NCBI GenBank assembly: GCA_036172095.1
Contig: JAVHSH010000023.1
Span: 957-64,956 of the forward strand
DNA from: Patescibacteria group bacterium
GTDB taxonomy: Bacteria > Patescibacteriota > Microgenomatia > UBA1406 > GWC2-37-13
DNA length: 64,000 bases
Direction of reading: 5' to 3'
The notes below the pieces were generated by a model, which worked only from the letters and a program-made list of their open reading frames with translations, was not told the origin of the DNA and did not search any database. Positions within the stretch are counted from its first letter, which is position 1. The number at the start of each line of letters is the position of its first letter. Below are positions 18,419 through 26,818 of the stretch, one piece after another. The translations under genes and the position numbers were made by a program.

Positions 18419-20070
18419 AGTTGTTCTGGAGCTATATTATAATACACTATAAGCTCTTTTGCGATTTCGAAAAATACTGGTGCCGCAGTCTCGGATCCCC
18501 ACTGAGATGACTTTGGTTCTTTTAAGACTACAAGTCCTATGAACTGCGGATGTTTTATTGGAGAAAACCCAATGAATGAGGCTATCGTTTTCGTCGCATC
18601 ATAATGTCCTTGTAGGGCGATTTGTGCAGTGCCCGTTTTCCCTCCAATCTGGTAACCACTTGGCTTGAGATACTTTGTCTCTCCGTTTTCAATCGTGGAA
18701 AGCAACATTTTTTTCATCTCATCGCTCGTCTTTTCGCTGATGACCCGTCGGATGAACTGGGGGTCTACTTTTTGTATTTCGGCACCATGCAGTTCCTTGA
18801 CGACATAGGGACGCATCAATTTCCCTCCATTGATGACCGCAGCAAACGCACGCAACATCTGGATTGGCGTGACGACAATACCTTGACCAAATGTGGCTGT
18901 CGCATAATCAATCGGATACCAATCATTTTTTTTCTTAAGATATCCGGGGACTTCACCTTCCAAATCGATACCCGTTGAACTCCCAAAGCCGAACGTCTGA
19001 ATCGCGTTATACAGGCTGTCGTTCCCTATTTTTGAACCGACAAATACCATACCGACATTTGACGATTTCTCTAAGGCACGAGTAAGCGTTATATTGCCTT
19101 CATACTGGTTGTTCCATGTCTGGATTGTATATTCACCAATCTTGACAGGCCCATCTTCGTTGAATTTCGTGTCCGGCTTGATGACTCCTTTTTCTATTCC
19201 CGCTGCCATGACAATTGGTTTGAAGGTCGATCCAGGCTCATAAAGATCCGAAATCGCTGTATCGCGAAAAGCCGAGTTGGAAAAATCATAATATGTCGTC
19301 GGATCATAATCGGGAAGACAGCTCAGAGCAAGTATTTCGAGAGTGTTCGGATCTGCGATAATTGCGCATCCTTCTTTCGCCTCATACTTTTGCATACCAA
19401 GAACCAGTTTGTCTTTGACGATTTTCTGGACTGATTTATCGATTGTTAGATATAAGTCGCGTCCATCTTCCGCATCGATTCGCTCCTGCGTACCAAGAAA
19501 TATCGGTTTCCCCTGTAAGTCGATATCGGACCGAATAAGGCCAGGCAATCCGCTCAGGTCTTTGTCATAAAAGCCCTCAACCCCAGACCTACCGACATCC
19601 GTCCCTTCATCGTTCTTTCCGACAAATCCCGAAAGATGAGCTGCAAGCGATGCATCGGGGTAATAACGATTCCACATATCGTCAAAACCTATCCCAGAAA
19701 GATTCAGTTTGGTTATGGCATCTTTCTGTTTCTTCGTAACTCCAGTTGTGACCGCTACCCAATTTTTTGAAGGATTGATTTTCGAGGATATCGATGCTTC
19801 TTCCAGATCAAGCAATTTTGCAAGTGAGTAGGTTGTCTTTTCGGCATCCTTGATGAGCTTTGGCTCAAAAAAAAGCCGATACAATAACTGATTCATGACA
19901 AGCGGTTGCCCATTCCTATCGAATAGACGGCCTCTCTGCGGTATCAATTTACGTGTCGAAAGATAATCCTGCTGTGCGTCGGGAAAGAGGACTTGGATGA
20001 AGAATAAACGTACGATTATGAGCGCGAAAACTGCCAGAAAACCCATTAACAACAATCGTAGTTTTGTCAT
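18415..20070 (-). CDS. ftsI: FtsI/PBP2-type class B penicillin-binding protein (transpeptidase)
   Basis: N-terminal TM helix, then GSTFKP (SxxK), KSSN (SxN) and GKTGTA (KTG). Confidence 0.85.
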   Translation of the reverse strand: MTKLRLLLMGFLAVFALIIVRLFFIQVLFPDAQQDYLSTRKLIPQRGRLFDRNGQPLVMNQLLYRLFFEPKLIKDAEKTTYSLAKLLDLEEASISSKINPSKNWVAVTTGVTKKQKDAITKLNLSGIGFDDMWNRYYPDASLAAHLSGFVGKNDEGTDVGRSGVEGFYDKDLSGLPGLIRSDIDLQGKPIFLGTQERIDAEDGRDLYLTIDKSVQKIVKDKLVLGMQKYEAKEGCAIIADPNTLEILALSCLPDYDPTTYYDFSNSAFRDTAISDLYEPGSTFKPIVMAAGIEKGVIKPDTKFNEDGPVKIGEYTIQTWNNQYEGNITLTRALEKSSNVGMVFVGSKIGNDSLYNAIQTFGFGSSTGIDLEGEVPGYLKKKNDWYPIDYATATFGQGIVVTPIQMLRAFAAVINGGKLMRPYVVKELHGAEIQKVDPQFIRRVISEKTSDEMKKMLLSTIENGETKYLKPSGYQIGGKTGTAQIALQGHYDATKTIASFIGFSPIKHPQFIGLVVLKEPKSSQWGSETAAPVFFEIAKELIVYYNIAPEQL

Positions 20071-20077
20071 ACGAAAA

Positions 20078-20356
20078 TTATTTTTTATTCAACGCGTACT
20101 GCAACTCACCTACGTAAATGGGCTTTGTGGCACTCTGGAATCCCCATTTCTCTTTATACTCTTTCGTATGGGCAAATGATTCCGAGTCTGCCATTTCTTT
20201 TTCCAGTTGGATATTATCCTGTTTCAATGTAAATGTCTGTTGTTCGAATGTATGAATTTCTGAGCTTATTTTCATGCTGGAAATGAATATCGTTATGTTG
20301 CCGAAAAGGGCTAAAAGGAAAATGCCGACTAAGATGTCTTGATATATGTTTTTCAT
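20078..20356 (-). CDS. ftsL: FtsL-like small bitopic division protein
   Basis: 92 aa with a single TM helix followed by a coiled-coil segment (QQTFTLKQDNIQLEKEMAD). Sits at the canonical position between rsmH and ftsI. Confidence 0.5.
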   Translation of the reverse strand: MKNIYQDILVGIFLLALFGNITIFISSMKISSEIHTFEQQTFTLKQDNIQLEKEMADSESFAHTKEYKEKWGFQSATKPIYVGELQYALNKK

Positions 20357-21180
20357 AGTGAAAATATTCTCAGAACTGCTGACCGCTCATAGCGAAGTTC
20401 TTTATCGCCGAATATAGGTTTTTTTCCAATCTGGATATACCCATGAGACCGAATGAATCGTTTTACGATCCGATCTTCAAGAGAATGAAAACTGATAACG
20501 GCTATTTTTCCTTTGGGTGCAAGTAAGCCGACTGCACCGACAAGCGCTTTTTCCAGATTATTGAATTCATTGTTCACTTCAACTCTCAGTGCTTGGAATA
20601 CTCTTGTCAGGGTGGGCCGAGGATTGTTCTTTGCGACCGAGTTCACCACTTCAACAAGCCACCCCACAGTCAAAGGACGGACTCCCACACGTTGGAGTGC
20701 TATCCTTTTCGACAGCTCTATTGCAAGTGTCTCTTCGGCATTATGCATGAACATATCTATCATTTCTTTTTCCGTATACTGCCTCAGTATCGTTTCTGCA
20801 TCCATTTCGCAACTCTCATCCAATCTCATATCTAGCACTTCGTCAAAGTTCTTATATGAAAGCCCCTTACCTCCTGATCGAAGTTGTTCGTTCGACAATC
20901 CCAAGTCAAAAATAATACCATCGATAGGGAAAAATCCTGCATCTTTTGCCAAATCGACTATATCGCTGAAATTCCCTTGTTTGAGAGTGAGGTTTTTATT
21001 TGAATTTGAATTTTGTGCCTGAATTTGTGCTATATCTCTATCGATAGCAAGCACTAAGGCGCCTTTTTCCAACAGAGCACGGGTGTGGCCACCTTCACCG
21101 AATGTCGCGTCTATATACTTCCCACCAGAATGAACTTCTAGTCCCGTCATCATTTCTTCAAGTAGTACTGGTGTGTGCAT
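20353..21180 (-). CDS. rsmH: RsmH, 16S rRNA m4C1402 methyltransferase
   Basis: MHTPVLLEE, DATFGEGGHT, FDLGLSNEQL and ISFHSLEDRIVK. Confidence 0.9.
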   Translation of the reverse strand: MHTPVLLEEMMTGLEVHSGGKYIDATFGEGGHTRALLEKGALVLAIDRDIAQIQAQNSNSNKNLTLKQGNFSDIVDLAKDAGFFPIDGIIFDLGLSNEQLRSGGKGLSYKNFDEVLDMRLDESCEMDAETILRQYTEKEMIDMFMHNAEETLAIELSKRIALQRVGVRPLTVGWLVEVVNSVAKNNPRPTLTRVFQALRVEVNNEFNNLEKALVGAVGLLAPKGKIAVISFHSLEDRIVKRFIRSHGYIQIGKKPIFGDKELRYERSAVLRIFSL

Positions 21181-21184
21181 AATT

Positions 21185-21589
21185 TTAGCTATTAGCTGTT
21201 AGCTGTTTTAATTGATAACTTTCCCATTTCTCAGGATTCCACAACTCAAAATGATCGCCAACGCCGACAATGAGTACTTTGTTCGTAAGCTGGGCAAACT
21301 GGAGAAGATGTTTTGGAATAACGAAGCGACCTTGGCCATCTATCTCTATATACATAGTTGAAGAAAACAAAGCACGACGCTTGTCGATATCTGTTTTATC
21401 AAGAAGTGAGACTTGCGTGAGACTTCGGGATCTATCTTCCCAATCTGTCTTATCATAACCCGCAAGACAAGAATCAAATCCTTTTGTTACAATGAAGTTG
21501 TCGCCGGTTAGAAGATCACGGATTTTTTTTGGGATGACGACACGGCCCGGTGCAGTAAACGATACGAGATATTCACCAAAAAAAACCAT
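21185..21589 (-). CDS. mraZ: MraZ transcriptional regulator
   Basis: Two SpoVT/AbrB-like repeats (GRVVIPKKIRD, GRFVIPKHL). The ATG at 21589 (MVFFGEY) is preferred over the TTG at 21595. Confidence 0.85.
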   Translation of the reverse strand: MVFFGEYLVSFTAPGRVVIPKKIRDLLTGDNFIVTKGFDSCLAGYDKTDWEDRSRSLTQVSLLDKTDIDKRRALFSSTMYIEIDGQGRFVIPKHLLQFAQLTNKVLIVGVGDHFELWNPEKWESYQLKQLTANS

Positions 21590-21597
21590 ATACAACC

Positions 21598-21626
21598 ATT
21601 TAACGCCATTTGCTCTGAAAAGTCAA
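21598..21626 (-). promoter_or_regulatory. Putative mraZ/dcw promoter
   Basis: On the minus strand: TTGACT, a 17-nt spacer and TTAAAT, then 8 nt to the ATG at 21589. Confidence 0.45.
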
Positions 21627-21638
21627 TACTGATATTAT
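21610..21638 (+). promoter_or_regulatory. Putative murJ promoter
   Basis: TTGCTC, a 17-nt spacer and TATTAT, then a 13-nt leader containing AGGA before the ATG at 21652. Confidence 0.35.
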
Positions 21639-21651
21639 TAATTAGGAACAT

Positions 21652-23277
21652 ATGCAAAAAATAATCCAACAGACACGAAAGCTTTTCCTTAGCGCACAAG
21701 GAGGTATGTTCTCATCCGCGATAATCTTAAGCTTCATGATTGTCGTTTCAAGGGTGTTCGGGTTCATGAGATATAGAATCCTTGCTGGTTATTTCACCAA
21801 GGATGAACTTGATATTTTTTTTGCCTCCTTCCGTATTCCAGATTTGGTGTTTGAGTTGATAATAACCGGAGCAATCACATCTACCTTTATCCCCATTTTC
21901 ATCAAATATAGCGGCGATGAAAAAGAGCGGTCAAAGATAATCTCATCAATCATCAATATCATCTTGATTGTCCTGACTGTACTCATAATTCTTATTCTGC
22001 CATTCATGACGCCAATCGTCACGCTGATTACTCCTGGGTTTCATGGGGAAAAATTACACAGTATCGTCGTATTTTCCCAATGGCTATTGGTAAGTCAGCT
22101 GCCATTTCTCGTTTTTGGCAACTTTCTGACTGGCATAGCTCAGGCACGGAAACAGTTCCTGATTACGACGCTGCCCCCAATCATTTACAATGTCTCCGTC
22201 ATTCTTTCGACATTTGCGCTCGCTCCTTCTATCGGCCTCTATGCACCGATATTGGGGGTAATTGGAGGAGCTTTGTTGTTTAACATCATCCAGTTGCCGG
22301 TTGTCATAGATGAATTGAAAACATATCGTTTTACGATTGAATTGCATACCGGAGTAAGGGATTTCTTCCGGATGATTGGACCAAGGATACTCACGATTAT
22401 CACTGCCCAGATTGACGCAACGATTGATCTTACACTGACGACTCTTCTTGGCTCCGGCGCATATACTATTTTCTATTTCGCACAACACTTGCAACTACTT
22501 CCCGTTTCTGTCATCGGTATGTCTTTTGGGCAAGCATCGCTCCCCTATCTTTCCGAATTGGCAGAGGCACATAAACAAAAGGAGCTGACAAAAATTGTCA
22601 CAGAATCGATTATGAATGTTTTTTTTATGACAATGCCAATAGCTATTTACTTCATCTTTGCGAGAACGCCTCTTACCCGTATGTTTTTTGGAGGAGAAAA
22701 ATTCGACTGGGACGGGACGGTGCAGACCGCTTTTCTTCTCTCCTATTTTTCCGTTTCGATTCCCTTCCATGCGGTCTATTATCTCTTGACACGTTGTTTT
22801 TATGCACTCCTAGATAGTAGAACTCCATTCTATGCAAGTATCACGGGTGTTATAGTTAACACAGTGCTTTCACTCGTTTTTATTCTTGTGTTTAAGTTGC
22901 CCGTATGGGCTCTTGGAATATCATTTTCGCTCTCGATGTTGTTACAGGATGCCATCCTTTTTATCCTTCTCCATAAGAAAATTTCATTTGATGTTCCTGC
23001 CTTTCTCCTTTCATTTGGCAAAATTATCTTTGCCGCATTCATATCTGCCCCTATACCATACATCATCATAAAACTCATGGACAATCTTTTATTGGATACA
23101 ACCAGAACCATTAATATCTTCTTCTTGCTTAGTGTAAGTGCGATTGTATATGGTTTGCTATACTTATTTGTTTCCTGGTTTATTGGAGTGCAGGAGTTGT
23201 ATATCATCTCCCAACTCACTGGAAAGGCGAAACAGTTCCAAAAGAAAATTACAGAGATGTATTTGTCATATGACTAG
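21652..23277 (+). CDS. murJ: MurJ/MviN lipid II flippase
   Basis: 541 aa with about 14 TM helices and an MOP-superfamily N-terminus (SRVFGFMRYRILAGYF...FRIPDLVFEL). Confidence 0.85.
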   Translation: MQKIIQQTRKLFLSAQGGMFSSAIILSFMIVVSRVFGFMRYRILAGYFTKDELDIFFASFRIPDLVFELIITGAITSTFIPIFIKYSGDEKERSKIISSIINIILIVLTVLIILILPFMTPIVTLITPGFHGEKLHSIVVFSQWLLVSQLPFLVFGNFLTGIAQARKQFLITTLPPIIYNVSVILSTFALAPSIGLYAPILGVIGGALLFNIIQLPVVIDELKTYRFTIELHTGVRDFFRMIGPRILTIITAQIDATIDLTLTTLLGSGAYTIFYFAQHLQLLPVSVIGMSFGQASLPYLSELAEAHKQKELTKIVTESIMNVFFMTMPIAIYFIFARTPLTRMFFGGEKFDWDGTVQTAFLLSYFSVSIPFHAVYYLLTRCFYALLDSRTPFYASITGVIVNTVLSLVFILVFKLPVWALGISFSLSMLLQDAILFILLHKKISFDVPAFLLSFGKIIFAAFISAPIPYIIIKLMDNLLLDTTRTINIFFLLSVSAIVYGLLYLFVSWFIGVQELYIISQLTGKAKQFQKKITEMYLSYD

Positions 23278-24532
23278 TAACGATCAACAAAAAGCGGTCC
23301 AATCGATTCAGCGAAATTTGCTTGGTAAAAAACTCACCTATCATGAGATATATAACCTGATGGACCAAATCGCCCATGAAAAATTAGGTGATATTCTCGC
23401 GACATACTTCGTCGCGGCTTCATTCAAAGAGGGATTTACGCATGAGGAACTCTACTATTTTACGAAGGCAATGGTTGAAACTGGCAACAGGATGTATTTC
23501 AAAGGGATAGTCGCTGACAAGCATTCTATCGGTGGTGTTTCAGGTACTCGTGCCACGATGATAATCGTTCCCATTATCGCTGCTGCAGGATATAAGATAC
23601 CGAAAATCTCATCTCGGGCAATCACGACGCCAGCAGGAACTGCGGACGCCATGGAGGTTTTTGCGGGTGTTGAATTTGGTATCAGTTCTTTAGAAGATAT
23701 TGTAAATACAGTTGGCGGGTGCATTTGTTGGAATGGTCGTCTTGGCATCGCCCCCGCGGATGATGTGCTTATCCATATCGAAGAACCATTGGCATTTGAA
23801 TCGTTTGACAAAATAATCGTCTCAGTCATGGCAAAAAAAATTGCCGCATCAACAACGCATCTTGTTCTTGATATCCCGATTGGTCCGACTATGAAGATCG
23901 TCCATGAAAAAGATGCAGAGAAAGTTGCACATAAATTTCGGATGATTGGGAATAAATTCGGTATGCAGGTCATCGCAACTATAAATAAAACCAAACAACC
24001 TGCTGGATTTGGCGTAGGTCCAGCTCTTGAGGCACGCGACGTGCTTAAGGTATTGGAGCAGACAGATGATAAGCCTATCGAACTAGAGGAACGAGCGCTC
24101 TATTTGGCTGGAATATTGCTTGATATGTGCTTTGAAGAGTCACACATAAAGAAACACGGGATAGATGAAGCGCGAGCAATTCTTAGCTCTGGAGCTGCTT
24201 TGAAAAAATTCAAGGAAATCGTCAAAGCACAGGGTGGATCTTCCCATATTTCCGCCCATACGATGAAAATCCTCAATAAAAAACATGTTGTTTATGCCCC
24301 CACTTCTGGGTATGTAAAGAGCATCAACAATCACAATCTTAATAGTATCGCAAAAGTGCTGGGAGCACCAAATGATAAACATGCCGGAATATATTTGCTC
24401 AAAAAAGTTGAAGATGTTGTTGAAAGAGGCGAAGCGCTTATGGAATTTTATACTAAGGAACATAGTCTATTGAAAGAGGCTGAGGCATCGTTACAAATGT
24501 TTCCCATCCATCATTTGGATATCTATGTATGA
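23270..24532 (+). CDS. Archaeal-type thymidine-phosphorylase-family enzyme (nucleoside or AMP phosphorylase)
   Basis: DKHSIGGVSGTRATMIIVPIIAAAG and ISSRAITTPAGTADAMEV resemble the archaeal AMP-phosphorylase/putative TP subgroup rather than DeoA (SGRGLGHTGGTLDKLE). The ATG at 23270 overlaps the murJ stop by 8 nt. Confidence 0.75.
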   Translation: MTSNDQQKAVQSIQRNLLGKKLTYHEIYNLMDQIAHEKLGDILATYFVAASFKEGFTHEELYYFTKAMVETGNRMYFKGIVADKHSIGGVSGTRATMIIVPIIAAAGYKIPKISSRAITTPAGTADAMEVFAGVEFGISSLEDIVNTVGGCICWNGRLGIAPADDVLIHIEEPLAFESFDKIIVSVMAKKIAASTTHLVLDIPIGPTMKIVHEKDAEKVAHKFRMIGNKFGMQVIATINKTKQPAGFGVGPALEARDVLKVLEQTDDKPIELEERALYLAGILLDMCFEESHIKKHGIDEARAILSSGAALKKFKEIVKAQGGSSHISAHTMKILNKKHVVYAPTSGYVKSINNHNLNSIAKVLGAPNDKHAGIYLLKKVEDVVERGEALMEFYTKEHSLLKEAEASLQMFPIHHLDIYV

Positions 24533-25488
24533 AAAAAATTAAAATCGCATTTCTTCTAACGATCTTGGTTATATTGGGCGTGTATTTTATGTATACCGAA
24601 GGCTCCCTTGCCGTCGACAAGAACAATACCGGGTCAACGATATTCGTCATAAATAAAGGTGAGGGACTAAACTCCATAATAAAACGGCTTGCTACTGAAG
24701 ACCTCATCCGCAATAAGGTTGTATTTTATGCGATAGCGTTGCAACGGGGCATCGAAAAAAAAATACAGGCAGGTGAATTCAAATTGAGTAAACATATGAA
24801 TGCCGATAAGATTGCCGATAATCTTACTCATGGCACCGTTGATGAATGGGTTACGATTGTCGAAGGCCTTCGTAAGGAGGAGATTGCATTACAACTCTCT
24901 CAGCAGTTCTCATTTTCTGAAATAAGTTTCATTGAGCAAGCAAAAGAAGGGCAACTATTCCCAGATACATATCTGATACCAAAAACTGCGTCAATGGAAA
25001 CCATCATTTCTATCATGGAGTCAAACTATCAAAAAAAGATGACCGAGGCACGGAAGGTTCGACCTTTCGAAAAACGAACAGACCGAGAAATTCTTATCCT
25101 CGCGTCCCTTGTCGAACGGGAGGCAAAATTTGCTGATGACCGTCAACTTGTTGCTAGTATCATCTTAAAAAGAGCCCAAAATGATTGGCCTCTTCAACTT
25201 GATGCAACGATTCAATATGGACTCGGATACCAAAGGAAGGAAAAGTCATGGTGGAAACGGGAACTTGCTGTCGAAGACCTAAAAGTAGACAATACTTATA
25301 ATACGTATGAACGTAAAGGGATGCCTCCTGCCCCCATCTGCAATCCTGGTTTAGAATCGCTTAAGGCAGCCGTCACCGCAGATCCGAACACGCCATATTG
25401 GTATTATGTGAACGATAAGAATGGACGAATCAGACCTGCAAAAACACTAGAAGAGCATGAATCCAATATCAGAAAATTCGTTCAGTAA
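24529..25488 (+). CDS. mltG: MltG (YceG-like) endolytic murein transglycosylase
   Basis: N-terminal TM helix, ILASLVEREA, QLDATIQYG and YNTYERKGMPPAPICNPG. Confidence 0.85.
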   Translation: MKKIKIAFLLTILVILGVYFMYTEGSLAVDKNNTGSTIFVINKGEGLNSIIKRLATEDLIRNKVVFYAIALQRGIEKKIQAGEFKLSKHMNADKIADNLTHGTVDEWVTIVEGLRKEEIALQLSQQFSFSEISFIEQAKEGQLFPDTYLIPKTASMETIISIMESNYQKKMTEARKVRPFEKRTDREILILASLVEREAKFADDRQLVASIILKRAQNDWPLQLDATIQYGLGYQRKEKSWWKRELAVEDLKVDNTYNTYERKGMPPAPICNPGLESLKAAVTADPNTPYWYYVNDKNGRIRPAKTLEEHESNIRKFVQ

Positions 25489-26063
25489 TGTATATGAGCT
25501 ATCCTGATTTTAAGATTTTGTTCATTCATGGGTATACTGCTTCTTCGAAGGCTGATTTCTATCCAGCATTATCTGTCCTACTTGATAAAGCTCATATTGA
25601 TTATGTTATCCCCGATTTGCCGGGTGAAAAATATCCCCATGCACAAATATGGTTGGAAAAACTGCACGAGTCTATTAAAAATAGTACCAAGCCACTCATA
25701 ATTGTCGGTCATAGTTTAGGCACAAGAACTGCACTGCTTTACATCGAAAAATATCTCCCAAAAGTTAAGCATCTATTTCTTATTGCCGCCTTTGCAAACA
25801 GACTGGAAAATACAAAAAGAAGAGATGGGGTTTATTCAGACTTTTTTGAGAATATGGTCGACATCGCTAAGATCAAATCCGTTGTGGAGCATTCATATGT
25901 TCTCCATTCAAATGATGATCATTCTATCCCTATTGAGCAAGGTAGAGAAATCGCTCATGAATTGGATGCTGAAATAATTGTAAGCATAGATCGAGATCAT
26001 TATTGTGAACCATCAAATGCTCCTTACTTATTTTCCCTATTGAAAGAAAAAATTGGGTTCTAA
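25488..26063 (+). CDS. Alpha/beta serine hydrolase (YdeN/RBBP9-like)
   Basis: ILFIHGYTASS and the GHSLGTRTAL nucleophile elbow, with a late D and H (SNDDHSIP, DRDHY). Confidence 0.55.
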   Translation: MYMSYPDFKILFIHGYTASSKADFYPALSVLLDKAHIDYVIPDLPGEKYPHAQIWLEKLHESIKNSTKPLIIVGHSLGTRTALLYIEKYLPKVKHLFLIAAFANRLENTKRRDGVYSDFFENMVDIAKIKSVVEHSYVLHSNDDHSIPIEQGREIAHELDAEIIVSIDRDHYCEPSNAPYLFSLLKEKIGF

Positions 26064-26078
26064 GGTCGTTCTAACGTT

Positions 26079-26816
26079 TTATTTTAAAATACATTTGCGG
26101 AGACTGTCGATTATTTTGACAATATTTTTATCGATGTTCCCATCTCTCATAAATGCATGGGGAAGCGAGTTATCTTCGATGTAAAAGCCCCTATTTGCAC
26201 GTGGAGTTTGTTCATAAAAAGACTTGACCATGTCGTTGTTTAGTCGAGAGACCATTTTCTCATTATCCACACCTCTCTCTTTAATTTCTACATATCTATC
26301 CATTCCATAATTTCGAATAGTGAAATTGATTACATGTACTATTATACCTGATGTGATCTTTTTCATAAGTGAGGATGATGTCGGCTTTGTCGGCTCATAT
26401 TTTTGCAGACCTGTCCATGTTCTTGAGCTTCTCACTGTTTCCTGTGTATCGATGTAGTGATCGGCAGGATCAAGTAATACGATGTTTTTAAAATATGCGC
26501 TATAACGATTATCGATGATTATGTGTGATGCGCTGAATGCTCCGTTGCTTGTCGCAATAAGTGAAATAGAGGTATCAGATTTATTTATGATTTCATCACA
26601 TATCTCCAACAAATCTTCTGTTTGTTGCGCCAAGGGCAGATCGGAATTGTCTTCTACCCCCTTAAATGAAAAGGTAACGATTTTATGCTGTGGAAATATG
26701 GACTTCAGTCTTGAAATGAGATTATTGTATGAGTCTTTTGAATCATCACTACCACCGACAAGAAGAAGTGCATCTAAGGAAGCCTTATTTCCAAAAAAAC
26801 GAATAGGAAGTGACAT
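26079..26816 (-). CDS. Hypothetical protein, possible alpha/beta-hydrolase fold
   Basis: LLLVGGSDDSKDSY, IATSNGAFSASH (degenerate elbow), LLDPADH and LPHAF. Assignment is weak. Confidence 0.35.
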   Translation of the reverse strand: MSLPIRFFGNKASLDALLLVGGSDDSKDSYNNLISRLKSIFPQHKIVTFSFKGVEDNSDLPLAQQTEDLLEICDEIINKSDTSISLIATSNGAFSASHIIIDNRYSAYFKNIVLLDPADHYIDTQETVRSSRTWTGLQKYEPTKPTSSSLMKKITSGIIVHVINFTIRNYGMDRYVEIKERGVDNEKMVSRLNNDMVKSFYEQTPRANRGFYIEDNSLPHAFMRDGNIDKNIVKIIDSLRKCILK

Positions 26817-26818
26817 AA

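Noticed and set aside
23138-23269. 5' extension of the phosphorylase ORF overlapping the murJ 3' end
   Set aside because: The extension (MRLYMVCYTYLFPGLLECRSC...) has no homology-like features and overlaps the murJ coding sequence. The ATG at 23270 gives a normal family N-terminus.
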